IMG/VR virus record: IMGVR_UViG_3300032116_019333 | Span: 1 to 57,791 of that record | DNA from: a virus | Taxonomy: Duplodnaviria; Caudoviricetes | Length of the DNA stretch: 57,791 bases | Strand: one strand, 5' to 3' | In this document: in pieces, positions 9,626 to 19,311 of the stretch | Position numbering within the stretch: position 1 is the stretch's first letter | Layout of the letters: every line of letters begins with the position of its first letter | Made by a program: the position numbers and the translations under genes | Notes under the pieces: generated by a model | The model's input: only the letters and a program-made list of their open reading frames with translations | Databases searched by the model: none | Told to the model about the DNA's origin: nothing

Positions 9626-11638
9626 ATGCTCTACAACCACCAGACATTGCTGCCATGGCAGTTGATGAAGGCCCACGACTGGAAGTCCATCGAAACGCGT
9701 GCTCCGCTGACCCCATTCTTCTTTCCTGAAGGTAATGGTTCTATCGACAGGGTGACCAGGGGATTCGGCGCGGGGGGCTTCTTCGAGCAAAACCATCGAA
9801 CACGGCTGACCTCCGGCCCGGAACTGGAAGCAATCTGCGGACATCAGATGTTCCGAAAGTGGACTGGATCCTATTCGATCACGGGCAGCAAGTGGACGTA
9901 TCCGGACGGGCCTGCAGTCTGCACTCCATACTCAGGTACCAAAACAGTCACAAGGACGCGCACGATGACGTTCAACGAAACACTCAACACCGTGAGTGTC
10001 GTGTGGAATGAGACTCAGGAATCGTCCGGTGAATCATTCTCCGCATCCTTCCCCTCAGCGAGCATCCAGATGACCGCCACAACCACCACGATGCACGCCG
10101 AGTGGGACGCGGAGAACGACTGCGAACATTGGAACAAGGAGGGGATCGAGACATTATCGGAGTCCGTCACATCCGGTGTCATTGACGGGTGGCTCAGTGA
10201 GTGGACGGGCAAGTCGTTCGCCTTCCGCAACGCAACCAAAGCAGGGGTCGTGGATGCTCAGGCCGGTTTCAATCATTGCGCCACTCGCGCGGAAAGCTCG
10301 GGGGCGCGATACTACAAGGTTTCCGGCGGGCAGGCGAAGACACAAGGGCCATGGTTTCGCGACGGTTGGGCCAGAGGAACTGTCGGGTCCCTGGCCGAAT
10401 TTTGGAACGGCAAATTCACCGTGCTGCTGTGCCTCCGGCGTCGGAAGAACCGCCCGACCATCTATCGGGAGCCGACGAAGGTTTCCAACGGCTACGGTGG
10501 CTTCACGGTGAACTCCGGGCTGAACTTCATGAACTACGGGATCTACACCAAGGTGAACTACCCGAACGGTGTCGTGGAGGAAGCACTTGAGGAGGACACC
10601 TCAAACCACTGGGCAATCTACGGAGGCGGCGAATTTGAATGGGATCCTGATACTTCGCCTGATCCGGTTTTGGCAAATACCCCACTGAAACCGGTCGCAT
10701 ACGCCTATGGGTTTCTCTCGGTCGTTTATCCCGGATACGTTTACCTTGGCCAACTCAATCTGATTTCTCGCACCGGTCGCCGATACCGGATCACTATCCA
10801 ACTGGGAGAGTGGCAGTATGACGAGGAAACATGGGAGAGTAGCATGAACTGGCACACGGAGCACGTTCTTGAAACCGATCCAGAAACGCTCCGAGTCCAA
10901 TTCCGGCTTGAAGTCGATACCGAGGAGTCCTTCCCGGAAGCACGAATTTCCCGCTTGGAACGATGGACGGGCAATGAGGAGGAACCGTGGCATGTCATCG
11001 CGGAGGCTGAGCATGAAACACTTCCCGACCCGGCCACGATGATCAGCGACAAAGTGACGGCCCCTGGCATTCACCTGTTTGCCGCCGTGCAGGAACGCCA
11101 AGGCTATTCGTTCGGTTTCTTCTCCTTCGATTGGGATTCAAATGCTCGATACCGCAAGCGCACGTTCCGCAGCCACCGGACTACGCCGGATGCGGGTGAT
11201 CCAGGCATTTCAGGCTGTGGAGGTGCCTATCCTCAGGGAAGCGCCATCTACGAGTATTCCGAAGAATACGTGGATGGAGAACTCAGGCCACCACAGATCA
11301 TCGCGCACAGCCTCCAAGTCGGCGGGGTGGACTGGACCAATCCTGACCACGTTCCCTACGAACACAGATCGTTTCCTGGGGCATGGCCAATAGAAACGAT
11401 TTCACCAGCCCTGCGCCGTGCAACACGGTCGGGAGAGTCGGAAGACTACGGCCACTCCGACCCCAAGCTCGACACGCCTGACCCGGATGGACTCGTCCTC
11501 GAAACGAGGTATGTCGCGTTGCCGGTTTCCGCAGTGGGCAACCAGAACGTCACCGACTGGGCGGACCTACTCCCCCCGGAAGCCGGAAGCACCGTCTTCG
11601 CCGAAGGCCAGAGACTCATCCACAGCCCGCAGGCGTGA
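9626..11638 (+). CDS. Large tail tip/receptor-binding candidate (670 aa)
   Basis: Thr/Ser/aromatic-rich, beta-type composition; tail operon position. Confidence 0.45.
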   Translation: MLYNHQTLLPWQLMKAHDWKSIETRAPLTPFFFPEGNGSIDRVTRGFGAGGFFEQNHRTRLTSGPELEAICGHQMFRKWTGSYSITGSKWTYPDGPAVCTPYSGTKTVTRTRTMTFNETLNTVSVVWNETQESSGESFSASFPSASIQMTATTTTMHAEWDAENDCEHWNKEGIETLSESVTSGVIDGWLSEWTGKSFAFRNATKAGVVDAQAGFNHCATRAESSGARYYKVSGGQAKTQGPWFRDGWARGTVGSLAEFWNGKFTVLLCLRRRKNRPTIYREPTKVSNGYGGFTVNSGLNFMNYGIYTKVNYPNGVVEEALEEDTSNHWAIYGGGEFEWDPDTSPDPVLANTPLKPVAYAYGFLSVVYPGYVYLGQLNLISRTGRRYRITIQLGEWQYDEETWESSMNWHTEHVLETDPETLRVQFRLEVDTEESFPEARISRLERWTGNEEEPWHVIAEAEHETLPDPATMISDKVTAPGIHLFAAVQERQGYSFGFFSFDWDSNARYRKRTFRSHRTTPDAGDPGISGCGGAYPQGSAIYEYSEEYVDGELRPPQIIAHSLQVGGVDWTNPDHVPYEHRSFPGAWPIETISPALRRATRSGESEDYGHSDPKLDTPDPDGLVLETRYVALPVSAVGNQNVTDWADLLPPEAGSTVFAEGQRLIHSPQA

Positions 11639-11662
11639 CTCGGTTGACAGCGCGAGCAGTGC

Positions 11663-12307
11663 GTGAAGCTCTACGTCGATCTTGAATCGCTCCAACTCAT
11701 CGAAGGTCCGGGTTTCCGTAATCCGGTCACTTCGTTGCGATTCAAGCGGGGTGATGCTGCTCGGTTGGAAGTCGCATTCCTGCGGAATGGATCGACCAGC
11801 GTGACGATTGGCGATCCCGTCAGCCTGGAAATCAAATTCGGGGTGAAACCACGCGGGCGATACGATGTCGGCTATCTCGTCCACACCGACGAATGGACTA
11901 TGCCTGATACAGGTGCGGAAAGTCCGGTTTACCAATGCTCACCAAGCTTCAACACGCTGGAGCTTGATTCAGCGCTGGGTGTTGGGTCATCCACCGGATC
12001 GGAACTTTCGGAAATAACCCTGATGGGAGAGGTGACATGGCGCGATGGCGCGAGTGATTCGACCAGCACGCGCACCTTCCTCGTGATCGTCGAGAACGAT
12101 GTGAACCGGGGAGACGAGGGAACGCCACAGAGCGCGAACCCGCCATACCCACCTCCCGGCAACCTCGTTCTCAAATCCGACGAGGGATACGACGTCACGC
12201 TGCGCAACGAACTCAAGTCGTTCGACGCAAACTCCGCATCCATTGACGACACCATGGACGTGCTCGCCACTCTTATTTTTACCCTGAAATCGAAGAACGT
12301 CATCTGA
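11663..12307 (+). CDS. Baseplate upper/fibre adaptor-like protein
   Basis: MKLYVDL...FKRGD...VENDVNRGDEGTP (BppU-like N-terminal pattern). Confidence 0.5.
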   Translation: MKLYVDLESLQLIEGPGFRNPVTSLRFKRGDAARLEVAFLRNGSTSVTIGDPVSLEIKFGVKPRGRYDVGYLVHTDEWTMPDTGAESPVYQCSPSFNTLELDSALGVGSSTGSELSEITLMGEVTWRDGASDSTSTRTFLVIVENDVNRGDEGTPQSANPPYPPPGNLVLKSDEGYDVTLRNELKSFDANSASIDDTMDVLATLIFTLKSKNVI

Positions 12308-13179
12308 TGAAGCCATCCCTCACAATCCTGTCCTTGGTTGCCATAGCGGCCGTTGCGACCGTGTTTGCGTTTCCACCTGCGGAAACCGGAACGCGCTTGG
12401 GCGATTTGAGCAGCGACTCGAAGGTGTTGACGCCGCAGGATGACATCGATCAACCGAGCGTCACCACGAAGAACGGTTTCCCCATTTTTCAAATCCGTGT
12501 CCCCGAGGGCTACGTCGAAGTGCAGGTTCGCGCCAGTCTCACGAACTTCGAGCCGGGTTTCCTCCTCAAAAAGAACGACCTGTTCACTCATAACTACATT
12601 CCGACCGGAGTGGAGGTAAATGGGCGGAAGCAATACCGTGCTCTTGGCACCGATTTTCTGGCAGAATGGAACGGCTCGGAATGGACATTCGGTCAGGACG
12701 GACTGACATCCTTTGAGAACGTGGCCGACCCTTGGGATTGCTCAGTATTCAGTTCAAACACCGAGATAGCATACAGCGTGAAGAAGGAATACTTCGTGTA
12801 TCGGTTCTGCACCACTGGTATCCCGGCTGATGCCGAATGGGGACTTGGATCCGGCGACCCCGACGCTTGGGTTTACTTCGCCAACCAGTCGGCCAACCCC
12901 GGCGACAACACCGAGTTTAAGCGCGTGAAGTGGGACGAGAACTCGTCACTCACCGCCCAACTGCAACCAGGTGGCACGCCCGGATACACCGTCCTGTTCC
13001 AACCAAGCCGCGACAACCTCGGAGCCATCGAGTGGATGCAGCAGAATCACGACAAGCTCGTCTGGATCTATCAGGTCGAATCACCCGCCGGAAAACCGAA
13101 GCACCCGAACAACTCGGATGTCTGGAACTCAATGCACCCCGTCGAGTGGCGCAAGAACCGGATCACAATCACCCCATAA
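12307..13179 (+). CDS. Signal-peptide-bearing hypothetical protein
   Basis: MKPSLTILSLVAIAAVATVFA N-terminus. Confidence 0.55.
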   Translation: MKPSLTILSLVAIAAVATVFAFPPAETGTRLGDLSSDSKVLTPQDDIDQPSVTTKNGFPIFQIRVPEGYVEVQVRASLTNFEPGFLLKKNDLFTHNYIPTGVEVNGRKQYRALGTDFLAEWNGSEWTFGQDGLTSFENVADPWDCSVFSSNTEIAYSVKKEYFVYRFCTTGIPADAEWGLGSGDPDAWVYFANQSANPGDNTEFKRVKWDENSSLTAQLQPGGTPGYTVLFQPSRDNLGAIEWMQQNHDKLVWIYQVESPAGKPKHPNNSDVWNSMHPVEWRKNRITITP

Positions 13180-13197
13180 CCAACAACCACCATCACA

Positions 13198-14247
13198 ATG
13201 AAAACACCGATCATTATCGCAATCACCATCATCGGCGCACTACACGCTGTTGCCGCTCAACCAACCCTCCTTGATCGAGCGAAAGCCCGGGATGCCAAGG
13301 TTACTGCTGCGCAATCCGCACTCGCCGAAGCCGAAGCGACGGCGGCCAAAACCAATCCTCCTGGCACCGTTGATCCCGAACTCATCACTACAGTTACCAA
13401 AACCCAGAAAGAAGCCGTTGATTACGTCGCCGCACTCATCGGACCCGACTGGCGCAAGGCTTGGGAAGCTAGTAATCTACCCGACCCCGACGACATTCTC
13501 GCCGACCGCTACATGCAGACCCCATTTGATCTGCGGCCAGTCTGGAAGTTCGAAGCGAGCGACCTCATGCAGTCCATCACCCCGCTGAAGCGCGCCGAGT
13601 TGCTCGACCACATCGCGGCCAAGCCCAAGCTAGTGCCTCAGGACATCGAGGTGATCCGGTATGCTGGATTGCATCGTCCTAACATCGCCGCCCGAATGGA
13701 CGACATCGCTACCTTGCTACCTACGGGCGCGATTCGCGGAGAAGGCTACTACGAGTTCCGCAACGTCTATATACTGCGCCGTCCAGGTTTTTGGCGTTCT
13801 TCCATGAAAGTGTCCGAGTGGATCGACTTGGCCACTCAACCCGCGCACTTTTCTACCGAATCCTTCACCGCAGGTCGGAACAAGATCATGCTCAAGCTCG
13901 CCCAGCTTCTCGTCGAAAAACGGCAAGCTCAAGGACTGCCGACCGAGGGTGAGCAATTTGATGCCGCATTTGCTCCGATACTTGCCGCATTGAAGAAACC
14001 GAAATTCACTGGACTCCGCGAATCTGTCGCCGCCCTCGAACTTCCTATTGATCTTCCAAACGAACTCGACTGGTCCGCCCAGGAAGCCGTTGCCGCAACG
14101 GTTCAAGAAGCGGCGGAACGCAACGGCACCTTCCTCACCTCATGGGGCGAGTCGGTGTCTTACGCTCAGGGACTCGGCAGTGTGATGCTGATCAAAGGCG
14201 AAGTTGCTTACGAGCAGTGGAGGCGAGCAACGATTGCGAACGACTGA
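13198..14247 (+). CDS. Signal-peptide-bearing helical hypothetical protein
   Basis: MKTPIIIAITIIGALHAVAA-QP N-terminus. Confidence 0.55.
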   Translation: MKTPIIIAITIIGALHAVAAQPTLLDRAKARDAKVTAAQSALAEAEATAAKTNPPGTVDPELITTVTKTQKEAVDYVAALIGPDWRKAWEASNLPDPDDILADRYMQTPFDLRPVWKFEASDLMQSITPLKRAELLDHIAAKPKLVPQDIEVIRYAGLHRPNIAARMDDIATLLPTGAIRGEGYYEFRNVYILRRPGFWRSSMKVSEWIDLATQPAHFSTESFTAGRNKIMLKLAQLLVEKRQAQGLPTEGEQFDAAFAPILAALKKPKFTGLRESVAALELPIDLPNELDWSAQEAVAATVQEAAERNGTFLTSWGESVSYAQGLGSVMLIKGEVAYEQWRRATIAND

Positions 14248-14270
14248 CCGCTGAAACAGCAAACCCGATA

Positions 14271-14840
14271 ATGAAAGCCAATCTGTTCATACTCTATGCG
14301 TCCCTTGTTTCCTTGGCGCACGCCCAGCCATTTCCGGGCACACCGGGTTTGGATGAGCTGGTCGCAACTGCAATCCGAGAGCGTAAAGCCAATGCCCCGT
14401 ATTTCGCGGAAGGCCCATCAATCACGGTCATTCCGGACACCACACACCGTCTTACGGCTGTTCCGAGCTTGGGGCAGGCTGAAGTGGCCACCATGAGGCA
14501 GTTGCCCGCGCATCCAGTCCCGTATTCAACCAAAGCCGCACCGTCCCGCGCACTCGCCAGCATTGACCTCGATGCCCCGGATTTGGGAGCGCTTCCCCCA
14601 TCGAAGGCTCTACCCTTGATCACACCGACGAGTTTCGATCCGTTCAGGCTTAAGGTGGAGTTCATTTGGGACAAGCCGCACGGCCAATGGATGAACCAGA
14701 TGCTCAAAGACATCGAGGCCGCGAAAAAAACTGGCGACATGGAAACCTATACCACTCTGACCGCCCGCTACACCGCATGGGCAGAAAAATATCTACGCAA
14801 TGACAGCCCGCCCCAACTCGACGGGAAGCCCGGTTATTGA
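14271..14840 (+). CDS. Signal-peptide-bearing hypothetical protein
   Basis: MKANLFILYASLVSLAHA-QP N-terminus. Confidence 0.55.
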   Translation: MKANLFILYASLVSLAHAQPFPGTPGLDELVATAIRERKANAPYFAEGPSITVIPDTTHRLTAVPSLGQAEVATMRQLPAHPVPYSTKAAPSRALASIDLDAPDLGALPPSKALPLITPTSFDPFRLKVEFIWDKPHGQWMNQMLKDIEAAKKTGDMETYTTLTARYTAWAEKYLRNDSPPQLDGKPGY

Positions 14841-14858
14841 AACACCCTGACACCCACA

Positions 14859-15047
14859 ATGCGCCACCCCATCGACATCGATTACGCATTCAAGGCCATC
14901 GTCGGCATCGCTTCGCCGGTGCTGGGGGTCATCACCTCCCTCCAACAGCAGGTCGAGTGGACGCTCCGGGTGGCTTCTTTGCTCGTCGGGCTGATCGTGG
15001 GAATCATGTCCCTGGTGAGCATGGCGCGGAAGATGCGAGGAAAGTGA
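14859..15047 (+). CDS. Small two-TM membrane protein (holin-like)
   Basis: 62 aa, two hydrophobic segments, basic C-terminus RKMRGK. Confidence 0.5.
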   Translation: MRHPIDIDYAFKAIVGIASPVLGVITSLQQQVEWTLRVASLLVGLIVGIMSLVSMARKMRGK

Positions 15048-15060
15048 TGCGTTTGCTGGG

Positions 15061-15088
15061 GTGACATCTGCCCAGCATTCGGTATAGT
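15061..15088 (+). promoter_or_regulatory. Sigma70-type promoter of the ShosTA-like moron (short or absent leader)
   Basis: GTGACA-N16-TATAGT, ending 9 nt before ATG 15098. Confidence 0.55.
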
Positions 15089-15097
15089 AGATTCATC

Positions 15098-16231
15098 ATG
15101 CGCAAGATCGTTGTCATCTCATCAACAGGGATCAGGAACTCTGTGACCGGGGAAATCTACGCCCCAGTTGTTGAAGCTCTCCGCTCGATCAAGGATCAGG
15201 GAAATGAGATCCTCCTTGTTTCGAACAGGACAAGACCGGACTGGCTCGACGACACTTTCGATTTTTTGCACTTCATTGAGTGCCCGAACAGGCAAAGCGG
15301 CAACGTAATACCCGAACTGATCAGCCAAAACCCAAGTCTCAATCTTTTGCACAAGGAATTCATCATTCTCGGCTCGTCTGATTATGACCTGCGAATGGCC
15401 ACAAACTCTAAGTCTCTTCTCATCCGTTGTGAATGGGCGGAACTCGGCGAGAGAATGGCCATGTATGGAGTGCCTTGGGAGGATCCAGATAGCTTACCTG
15501 CACTGATAAGCTATCTGGACGATGCGTTCCCATGGTATTTTGTGAGTTCAGGAGATTTTTTGGATGTCTATGCTCTCACTAATGCGGGAACCCACTCGGA
15601 AACCGATTTGCGAATTACCGTTCTGATCAACAGACTTAAAAAATATCTCAAGGATAGGGTTCCTGGATTTAAGTCAGGAATCACCTTGCATTTGCTTTCT
15701 AGCATTTATGCAACACCTGTGTTCGAAGAGGTCGAGTTGTGGTCTTACTATCCTTCGTCGGCATCTGACAACACGGGAGATGAAGTCATGGCGGAACTCT
15801 GCCGCCGCGCCCGAGAAATGTATAAGAAAAAGTTTAGTGATCCTGTGTTCTTGCGCCACACTTCGTCTCCTCAACGTCACATTGTTGGAGGTGATCGAAA
15901 TGATCCGACATCACAACTAGTCTCGGTGCACCTCAATCCTGCATATCGAGATAAGATCAGGGGTAAAGTAGTTGCTGTCCTCGATGATTATTTAAATAGA
16001 GGCGTATCATTCGGAGTTTCTTCTTCACTACTAATGGCCGCGGGAGCAAAGAAGGTGATCGCGGTTGCAGTCGGTAAATTCGGAGATTGTTCAAATCGTT
16101 ACGAGATTGATTTGAGGGGGAGAGACTTGTTTAGCCCCCTTGTTGCGCCGTTCGATTACCGAAGAACTTCCATGTCCGGCACGGTAGAGCAAGGGGCGCG
16201 CCTAGCTTTCAAAAAGAAATTTGCGAGCTGA
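15098..16231 (+). CDS. HAD-like plus phosphoribosyltransferase protein (ShosT-like toxin)
   Basis: HAD-like N-terminus (LLVSN, ILGSSDYDL); PRT motif VAVLDDYLNRGVSF...AGAKKV; adjacent DprA; AT-richer than core genes. Confidence 0.8.
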   Translation: MRKIVVISSTGIRNSVTGEIYAPVVEALRSIKDQGNEILLVSNRTRPDWLDDTFDFLHFIECPNRQSGNVIPELISQNPSLNLLHKEFIILGSSDYDLRMATNSKSLLIRCEWAELGERMAMYGVPWEDPDSLPALISYLDDAFPWYFVSSGDFLDVYALTNAGTHSETDLRITVLINRLKKYLKDRVPGFKSGITLHLLSSIYATPVFEEVELWSYYPSSASDNTGDEVMAELCRRAREMYKKKFSDPVFLRHTSSPQRHIVGGDRNDPTSQLVSVHLNPAYRDKIRGKVVAVLDDYLNRGVSFGVSSSLLMAAGAKKVIAVAVGKFGDCSNRYEIDLRGRDLFSPLVAPFDYRRTSMSGTVEQGARLAFKKKFAS

Positions 16232-16234
16232 ATT

Positions 16235-17164
16235 ATGGATTCAGGATTTATAACTAGAAACGAATTTCCTCCTCGGCTTCTTGAGTGGCATGGTGGACCT
16301 GAATGCTTGTGGTTTCAGGGAAATCGATCGCTATTAGATGGCACGCTCTTGGTTTCAGTTATTGGCACCCGAAGCCCGAGCAACGAAGGTATTCACCGAA
16401 CGCGGAAACTTGTCCAAACTCTTGTTAGAAATGGTGTTACCGTAGTGAGCGGAATGGCAAAAGGCGTAGATTATGTTGCTCATAGCACGACGCTTGAACT
16501 AGGGGGGCTCACAATCGCAGTGATGGGGACACCTATTGAAGGATGCTACCCTAAAGAGCATCGCGAGCTTAAGGGCTTAATCGCGGCTTCTGGTTTGGTG
16601 GTTTCCCAATTTGAACCCGGCAGTTCATCACAGCGCTACAACTTCCCAAAAAGGAATGAGACAATGGCAGCTATGTCGGTAATGACCATCGTGACTGAGG
16701 CGTCCGCCACTAGTGGAACCAGACACCAAGTCGCTGCATCGATCAAATTAGGACGGCGGGTAGGTTTTTTGGCATCCCTTGTAGCTCTGCAAATTCCTTG
16801 GATTAAAGATGCGCTACGGTCGGAATTTTGTTTCATTGTGGAATCTACTTCGCAAGTCGCGGATGTGATCGAAGGATACCTAGTTAAGCCTCCAGTAGAA
16901 GTTGCAGACTCTTCAGATTCGACGCATGCGCCAGAATCTGAGTCACATCCGATTTTCGTGGAACAACCACTCTTATTTGATCAACCGACGGATGAACTGC
17001 CCACAGTCGTAGAAAATGTCACAGACCCAAGCCACACAGACAAGCCCGACGTGAAGATTGAAGAAAGCAATCCGTCGGCAGGCATCATATCATGGATAAA
17101 GGGAATGTTCGATTGGGCGCTTGGCAATACCGGCGGCAATAGACGTAGGAATAAGCGGCGATAA
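16235..17164 (+). CDS. dprA: DprA/Smf-like protein (ShosA-like antitoxin)
   Basis: VSVIGTR, VVSGMAKGVD, TIAVMGT, FPKRN, EASATSGT. Confidence 0.88.
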   Translation: MDSGFITRNEFPPRLLEWHGGPECLWFQGNRSLLDGTLLVSVIGTRSPSNEGIHRTRKLVQTLVRNGVTVVSGMAKGVDYVAHSTTLELGGLTIAVMGTPIEGCYPKEHRELKGLIAASGLVVSQFEPGSSSQRYNFPKRNETMAAMSVMTIVTEASATSGTRHQVAASIKLGRRVGFLASLVALQIPWIKDALRSEFCFIVESTSQVADVIEGYLVKPPVEVADSSDSTHAPESESHPIFVEQPLLFDQPTDELPTVVENVTDPSHTDKPDVKIEESNPSAGIISWIKGMFDWALGNTGGNRRRNKRR

Positions 17165-17214
17165 CGGGTTTTTCAACGCGCTTTAATTCGCACTCCAATA
17201 TCCCTGGGAGGTCT

Positions 17215-17418
17215 TTAGCTCAGTGCATCAACCTGATAGAGCTTCCGTAGTGCGGCCAGAACTGCCTCGAAGTCGTAGAGATAGAACCGAGGGCTGATCT
17301 GGAGGTGGGGGATTTTCCTCGTTCGCACCCATTCATCGATGGTGCGGGGGCTGACGGACAGCCTCTTGGCGAGTTCCTTCTTCTTGATGAGGGTGGGCGT
17401 ATCGGTTGACGTGTTCAT
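17215..17418 (-). CDS. xis: Excisionase-like HTH protein
   Basis: KKELAKRLSVSPRTIDEWVRTRKIP; overlaps the integrase stop. Confidence 0.75.
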   Translation of the reverse strand: MNTSTDTPTLIKKKELAKRLSVSPRTIDEWVRTRKIPHLQISPRFYLYDFEAVLAALRKLYQVDALS

Positions 17419-18743
17419 TGTGACGCATCGTTGGCGTTGTCAACGCACCGTTTGTCATGGCGACATGACAAGTGCTTCAGCCGCTCCCGAATCGACCAAC
17501 TCAGCCCGACTGGTTCCCAGCCCTCGGGCGGCATGATCGACCACCATGCCTCCGTCGCTTCCGCGTCCACTACCTCCCGGTAGCTGCGGAATACCTGCTT
17601 TGGAGAGTTGCCAGCCTCCAGAGAGGTTCGGGCGACATCCCCTGTCTCCGCTACCCGGTAGCTGATGAACGAGTGTCTGAGGGCATTCTGACGCCACCCA
17701 CCAGGGATCTGAGCTTTGACGGCGGTATCGCTCAAGGCACCCGATGCATCGGTGATCGTGATGATCGGCCCGGTTTCCTCACGCCACGGGGCGAGCCATG
17801 CCTTGAGGTTGTCGGAGAGCGGAACCAATCGGCGAGCGGCAGTCTTTGCCTTGCGGCCTGCGATCTCGATGTGACCGCGATCCCACTTGATGTCCTGCCA
17901 AGTCAATCGCCCGACCTCCGCAGATCGGATGCCGGCGAACCCTCCGATGGCGATGAGCGGGAGAATCCGGGCATGGGCGGCGAGAAGGAGCCGCTCCATT
18001 TCCTCGGGGGTGAAGATCGAGATTTCCTTGTCGGGCACCTTGAACGAATCGCTCTGTTCCGCCGCCGTTTTCCGGTCGGGGTGGAGGTATCCCTGCTTCT
18101 TGGCGAAACCGAACATGGTGACGACGTTTCGCCGGATGCCATTCTTGCTGACTGGCCCGAGCTTGGTGAGTCCGTCGAGGAACCGGTTGATGTCTGCGGT
18201 CGTCACGTCCGCGATATTGCCTGCGACCACATCGGTGAACCGCTTGAGGTTGTTGGTGGCGTTTCGGACATAGACAATGCTCACGCCCTTCCGCTTCAGC
18301 GACTCGACGAACTCTGCGGCCACTTGGACGTTGCTGCGGACGGCGATCAGGTCGGCACGGTTCGCTGCGTAGAATCGGACGGCATCGGAAAGCGGAACTT
18401 CACCGGCGGTGCGTCTGGCGCTGACCCATTCCTCGATAGCGGCGGCGAGCGTCACGCCAAACTCACCGGCCGCGCGTTCGCAATGCCGGAGGATGTCGAT
18501 GTCGCGGCGGGTCGCCTCGCACACTCCGGTTTCGCCATTGATGAGCCGGACTGTGATCTGCTGGGCGACCATCTTCGCCTCGTCCATAGAGGAGAAGCAG
18601 CGGGTGCGTCGTCGCCCGCCTTCCTGCCATGCGAGAGTGAACTGATCGTAACCATCCTTGCGGTTGATGGTGTAGATCCGGACTTTGGTCGGACCGGTTC
18701 CAACTTCCACGACGGCACTGCGGCGTTTGCGTTTCCGAGGCAT
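17415..18743 (-). CDS. int: Tyrosine integrase (frame is open upstream to ATG 19100)
   Basis: AGIRSAEV (R), KAK (K), LRHSFISY, final Y in VFRSYRE; ATG 18743 has GTTGACT 21 nt upstream. Confidence 0.92.
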   Translation of the reverse strand: MPRKRKRRSAVVEVGTGPTKVRIYTINRKDGYDQFTLAWQEGGRRRTRCFSSMDEAKMVAQQITVRLINGETGVCEATRRDIDILRHCERAAGEFGVTLAAAIEEWVSARRTAGEVPLSDAVRFYAANRADLIAVRSNVQVAAEFVESLKRKGVSIVYVRNATNNLKRFTDVVAGNIADVTTADINRFLDGLTKLGPVSKNGIRRNVVTMFGFAKKQGYLHPDRKTAAEQSDSFKVPDKEISIFTPEEMERLLLAAHARILPLIAIGGFAGIRSAEVGRLTWQDIKWDRGHIEIAGRKAKTAARRLVPLSDNLKAWLAPWREETGPIITITDASGALSDTAVKAQIPGGWRQNALRHSFISYRVAETGDVARTSLEAGNSPKQVFRSYREVVDAEATEAWWSIMPPEGWEPVGLSWSIRERLKHLSCRHDKRCVDNANDASQ

Positions 18744-18766
18744 AGGCCCCGGTTTCCGAGTCAACT

Positions 18767-18997
18767 TGTGTGGAATCTTGTGTGGAAAGCCTGTCGCGGC
18801 TTTCCTTGAATTGCCGCTTTCCTTACTGGTGCAAGGGGTGGCGGGGATCGTCCTAGACGATGGCGGATCGGCAAGGAAACCTGCCGACGGTGCGGTTTTC
18901 TTCGTAATCATGGGTATCTGTGCGTTGGTGGGTTGACCGGGGTGACGCAGGGTGTGCGGTCCTGAACGGTCGTTTTGTGTGGAATCCGTGTGGAATC
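18767..18997. other. Putative attP: two pairs of arm-type repeats flanking a candidate core
   Basis: GTGTGGAA at 18768, 18780, 18977 and 18988; central inverted repeat TCGGCA-N8-TGCCGA at 18868-18887; immediately 5' of int. Confidence 0.6.
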
Positions 18998-19311
18998 CAT
19001 GGATTCTGTCGCGGATTTCGGTAGGATTCGCGCACCGAACAGGTGCCGCCGCTCTCCCGGGAATCCGGTAGCTGGCGTGGCTGATCAGGTTCTCATCCAT
19101 TCGTCACACGTCTGCCAGATCGGTGCCTCCGATCAAGGGCTTTCGGCCTAGGATTCTACTCAAAATAGGATCAAAGCAGATATGCTTGGTAAGCCCTGAG
19201 GTTTGATATTTGCTCATTCCCTCTTGACTTTAGGAATTTCTTTGCATTTCGGCTCGTCTGCCGCGAATAGAGTGTCTAGTATCGGCCTCGTCACGATGAC
19301 GCATTTTACTC

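Noticed and set aside
9626-14840. Diversity-generating retroelement or invertible tail-fibre cassette
   Set aside because: No reverse transcriptase, invertase or TR/VR-like duplicated segment was seen.
17405-17410. Plus-strand GTTGAC inside xis
   Set aside because: No plausible plus-strand gene follows at the motif spacing, so it was not counted.
17472-18809. 445-aa plus-strand ORF
   Set aside because: Antisense shadow of the integrase in GC-rich DNA, with no motifs.
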